Origin: an uncultured bacterium
GTDB lineage: Bacteria > Patescibacteriota > Minisyncoccia > UBA6257 > 2-01-FULL-56-20
Direction of reading: 5' to 3'
Length of the DNA stretch: 64,000 bases
Assembly (NCBI GenBank): GCA_963844965.1
Contig: CAWJQC010000007.1
Location: 128,001 to 192,000 of the forward strand
Both the position numbers and the translations under genes were made by a program. Positions 60,866 through 64,000 of this stretch are shown here, in pieces (position 1 is the stretch's first letter; each line of letters opens with the position of its first letter). Below the pieces are notes generated by a model. That model searched no databases. It was not told the origin of the DNA and saw nothing but the letters and a program-made list of their open reading frames with translations.

Positions 60866-60955
60866 CGGCTAAAATTATATAATGCGAAAATTGCGAATAC
60901 TGTATGCGAATAATGCGAAAAATTTTCGCGGTATTCGCATAAATAATTCGTAGAT
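60866..60955. repeat. Palindromic element built from (A/T)TGCGAA(A/T)A repeats and their inverse
   Basis: atgcgaaaattgcgaatactgtatgcgaataatgcgaaaaattttcgcggtattcgcat. Confidence 0.5.
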
Positions 60956-61468
60956 TTGCATTATGATCCTATGGACGAAATAAAGGATTTTGAAGCGTTG
61001 GTTAAAAAAGTTGAAGCGATGAAAAAATCCGGAACGGTGGATTTGTCCACCGAAGAGGATTTGAGCATCGCGATAATGAACCTCGTCAGCTTGGAAGAAC
61101 ACTTCTTTTTCACCGGCGAGAAAACCGGCAAGGAGGAATATTTTGACCTGCTCGGCGAGGTGCGGGAAATGCGCAAGAAACTTCTCGCCAAAATGATAGA
61201 CAAACACGAAGGCGAGACGTGGTGCATTTCCAAGCATCTCTTGGCGACAACGATGCGCTTGATAGAGGTCGGGACGAAGTTGCGGGGCGACAAGAAGCTG
61301 AAAGAAGCGAAAGAAGTTTTTGAACAGGCGTTCAAGATCTATTCCATGTTTTGGGCGCTGCGCCTGAAGTTGATTGATGCTTCCGGATTTAAACAAGCCG
61401 CGGCTAGCGAAAAACCCTGGACCCTGAAAGATATCGTTAATAAATTAGTTGATTGCTGCGATGAATAG
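60956..61468 (+). CDS. hypothetical protein
   Basis: 170 aa, soluble and helical. Confidence 0.4.
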   Translation: MHYDPMDEIKDFEALVKKVEAMKKSGTVDLSTEEDLSIAIMNLVSLEEHFFFTGEKTGKEEYFDLLGEVREMRKKLLAKMIDKHEGETWCISKHLLATTMRLIEVGTKLRGDKKLKEAKEVFEQAFKIYSMFWALRLKLIDASGFKQAAASEKPWTLKDIVNKLVDCCDE

Positions 61469-61865
61469 GAAATACATTATCCTGGTATTTGTGGTTTTGG
61501 GCATCGCCATTCTCCTTATCGCTTTTCTCTTTTACCCGAGATCGCCCTATGCCAAAGGCACGCTTGACGGGTTTGCCCAGTGCCTTTCGTCAAAAGGAAT
61601 TAAAATGTACGGCGCTTATTGGTGTCCTCATTGCCAGAACCAAAAGGCGGCTTTCGGCGATTCGTTCAAGTACGTGAATTACGTGGAGTGCACACAGGAG
61701 GTAGCGGCCTGTGAATCTGCCGGGGTCGTGGGCTATCCGACATGGGTTTTTCCGGACGGCAGGCGGCTTGAAGGCGAACAGAAACTTGAGGATTTATCCT
61801 CGGCAAGCGGCTGCGCATTGCCCGGCAGCGAACCGAGCGCATCGCCTTCTTCCACAACGCCCTAA
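61449..61865 (+). CDS. membrane-anchored thioredoxin-like protein
   Basis: WCPHC active-site motif after an N-terminal TM segment. Confidence 0.65.
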   Translation: MIAAMNRKYIILVFVVLGIAILLIAFLFYPRSPYAKGTLDGFAQCLSSKGIKMYGAYWCPHCQNQKAAFGDSFKYVNYVECTQEVAACESAGVVGYPTWVFPDGRRLEGEQKLEDLSSASGCALPGSEPSASPSSTTP

Positions 61866-61968
61866 CGCGAGCGGCTTCAGCCGCGTCCAATGACGCCACT
61901 TGACCCCTTCCGATGTTATTTGCTAACATCTTCGTGGCTTTGTTGCCAATCCAAGGAGGAGTATAAAA

Positions 61969-62430
61969 ATGAAGAACAGAGCGAACGGAGGGACGATTCC
62001 CGCATTTCCGAATTCATTTCCATACAACGAGTTGCTATTTCGCGGCAAGCTTTCGGCGAAAACGCGCACATGGCGCTGGAACCACACAGGGTTGACACTT
62101 CTTTACACATCTACGAGCACTGCTCGGGATGTGGCGGAGGCGCACGGTCTTGATCCGAAGAGTGCCCCCCGCAGTGTACTGGTCGGCATTGGTGAGCTTG
62201 TTCCGGTCCGTGAGCTTACCAGTGCTGAGGCGGATCAAATCGAGAAAGAATTCGCCAACGGAAGGCCCGACATTTTCATTGGCGCCGGACGATATCGCTA
62301 CGAATTCAAAAACCTGAAACGTTTCAAGAAGCCCGTTCCGTTCAAGCCGCCACAGGGAGCGGTGAGGTTATTCAACGTTCCGGTTTTCCTTGTAGCCAAA
62401 GCCCTCAAGGAAGTCGGCGTTTCTCTCTAG
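61969..62430 (+). CDS. hypothetical protein
   Basis: 153-aa ORF. Confidence 0.35.
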   Translation: MKNRANGGTIPAFPNSFPYNELLFRGKLSAKTRTWRWNHTGLTLLYTSTSTARDVAEAHGLDPKSAPRSVLVGIGELVPVRELTSAEADQIEKEFANGRPDIFIGAGRYRYEFKNLKRFKKPVPFKPPQGAVRLFNVPVFLVAKALKEVGVSL

Positions 62431-62561
62431 AACGTGGACTGAGCCGGACCAAGTATGGGACAGCAGTAATGCTGTCCTTTTCGTTTTCCTGAATCATCGT
62501 GATTCGAATATTGTCCGCCCATCAGGAAAATAATACCCGCTTCTGTTAGAATAAATAGGTA

Positions 62562-63842
62562 ATGGGTAAGATACGGAATCTTGACCAACTCGCGATAACC
62601 GAACTCCGGCGTTCGGCGCTTTTGCTCGCCGAGGCAGGACTTGAAGCCATTGATACGGAGAAAATCATAAAGAACAACGTCCGACTCAAAAACGGCACGG
62701 TTGAGGTCGGGGGACAAAGCTTTTCGCTGAAAAATATCGGCAAGATAATTTTTGTGGGCATCGGCAAGGTTGCTTCGGAAGCCGCGGCAACCGCGGAAAA
62801 GATTTTGGGAAAACATCTCGCCAGCGGGATTTTGGTTGACGTGAAACCCGCGCCGAAGCTCAAAAAAATAAAAGCGTTCCAGGGGACCCATCCTCTGCCC
62901 TCGGCGAAAAATGTTGTGGCGGCGAAGGCGATAGTCAAAACCTTGCATGGTCTTAAGGAAAACGATCTGGTTATTTTCGTGGTATCCGGCGGCGGCTCAA
63001 CTCTCTTGTGCCTGCCGTCTGATGATCGGAAAAGCGGCGAAGAATCGCGGATAATGAAAATTTTGATAGCCAAAGCGGCGACAATCCAAGAAATCAACAC
63101 GCTCCGCAAGCATTTGTCCCTCGCCCGCGGTGGATATTTGGCGAAGTGCGCCTATCCCGCGAATGTCGTTTCTCTGATCTTCTCAGACGTGCCGGGAGGC
63201 GATCTGGGCTTTGTGTCTTCAGGCCCGACGGTGAAGGACGGAACGACGGTTGAAGACGCCGAGAAAATAGTGGAAAAATATCAAGTTGAGAAACGCAAGC
63301 TCAACTTGATAGATACGCCGAAGGAAGATAAGTATTTCCAAAAGGTCAAAAACGTCCTCGTAGTTTCCAACGACACCGCGCTCACGGCGATGGAGGCGAA
63401 AGCTGGCGAGCTCGGTTTCAAGGCGCAGATCATGACGACATGCCTCGCGGGCGAGGCGGCGGACGTCGGTTTGCGCACCGTTCAAAATTTGCATGATGTC
63501 GGCGCGAAATCGGTTTTTCTATACGGCGGGGAGACGACGGTAGCCGTGAGAGGTACTGGACGCGGCGGACGGAACCTGGAACTCGCGCTCTCCGCCCTAC
63601 GGGAAGTGCGCGAAGGAGAACTCGTTCTGTCTTTGGCCTCCGACGGCCACGACAACGGCGAGTTCGCCGGCGCGATTTGTGATACAATTACAAAGGAAGC
63701 AGTGGAGAAAGCCGGTTTTGATATTGAAGCAGAACTGGAGAATAGCAACTCATATCCGGTTTTTGAAAAATCCGGGAATTATTTGCTCACCGACCATACT
63801 GGTTCAAATGTTTCGGATTTGGTGATTGCGATAAAAGAATAA
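62562..63842 (+). CDS. glycerate kinase (MOFRL family)
   Basis: Conserved MOFRL blocks (FVGIGKVASEAA, VVSGGGSTLLCLP, LYGGETTVAVRGTGRGGRNLELAL, SDGHDNGEFAGAI). Confidence 0.8.
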   Translation: MGKIRNLDQLAITELRRSALLLAEAGLEAIDTEKIIKNNVRLKNGTVEVGGQSFSLKNIGKIIFVGIGKVASEAAATAEKILGKHLASGILVDVKPAPKLKKIKAFQGTHPLPSAKNVVAAKAIVKTLHGLKENDLVIFVVSGGGSTLLCLPSDDRKSGEESRIMKILIAKAATIQEINTLRKHLSLARGGYLAKCAYPANVVSLIFSDVPGGDLGFVSSGPTVKDGTTVEDAEKIVEKYQVEKRKLNLIDTPKEDKYFQKVKNVLVVSNDTALTAMEAKAGELGFKAQIMTTCLAGEAADVGLRTVQNLHDVGAKSVFLYGGETTVAVRGTGRGGRNLELALSALREVREGELVLSLASDGHDNGEFAGAICDTITKEAVEKAGFDIEAELENSNSYPVFEKSGNYLLTDHTGSNVSDLVIAIKE

Positions 63843-63849
63843 ACATCAA

Positions 63850-63940
63850 TCTTACGAAAATACGAAAATATACGAAATTACGAAAACTAAATTTGAGGTG
63901 ACCACATTTCGTACGTTCGTAAAATTTCGTACTTTCGTAA
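63850..63940. repeat. Palindromic element copy B: four direct TACGAAA heptamers, a core gaggtgacc, then four TTTCGTA heptamers
   Basis: Paralog of 14641..14740. Confidence 0.8.
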
Positions 63941-64000
63941 GAGCGGGCAATAGCGAGCATGAAATCCAAAAAATTAATTCTCAAATTTGAAGAAGTCGGC

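Overview
Likely a contiguous chromosomal segment from a small-genome bacterium, probably a Candidate Phyla Radiation (Patescibacteria) lineage. That placement is an inference from gene content: a split N/C-terminal transketolase, a short EF-Ts, many membrane-anchored hypotheticals, a 23S rRNA with intervening sequences, and a tRNA-23S-5S rRNA locus with no 16S in the 50 kb upstream. Coding content runs in this order: a pentose-phosphate/glycolysis block (gap, rpiB, rpe, split tkt, pfkB kinase, class II aldolase), a membrane-anchored serpin, rplY, an M16 peptidase, metG, tatD and leuS; then a MarR/ABC/HlyD efflux-type cluster, a Xer recombinase, recO, glyQS, murA, mreB, holB, frr, rseP, yvcK, three Nudix hydrolase modules, the rRNA locus, arfB, rpsB-tsf, a second tRNA cluster, ccdA plus a thioredoxin-like protein, and glycerate kinase. 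Most noteworthy: (1) leuS carries two in-frame inserted hydrolase domains, an RBBP9/YdeN-type alpha/beta serine hydrolase and a Nudix domain. (2) A conserved hairpin plus MNPV[RK]S-uORF leader pairs across the start codons of gap and murA, with covariation between the two copies. (3) The 23S gene has five intervening-sequence insertions; three form a paralogous family with co-varying closing helices. (4) A complete tRNA-Ala(TGC) is nested in the anticodon loop of a second, co-varied tRNA-Ala-like gene, and the intervening DNA forms concentric perfect helices. (5) A family of palindromic elements built from tandem CGAA-containing heptamers occurs at gene ends. About two dozen clustered single-base frameshifts (metG, mreB, htrA, tatD, leuS 3' end, rpsB, holB and others) are more likely sequence-quality errors than biology and are flagged.
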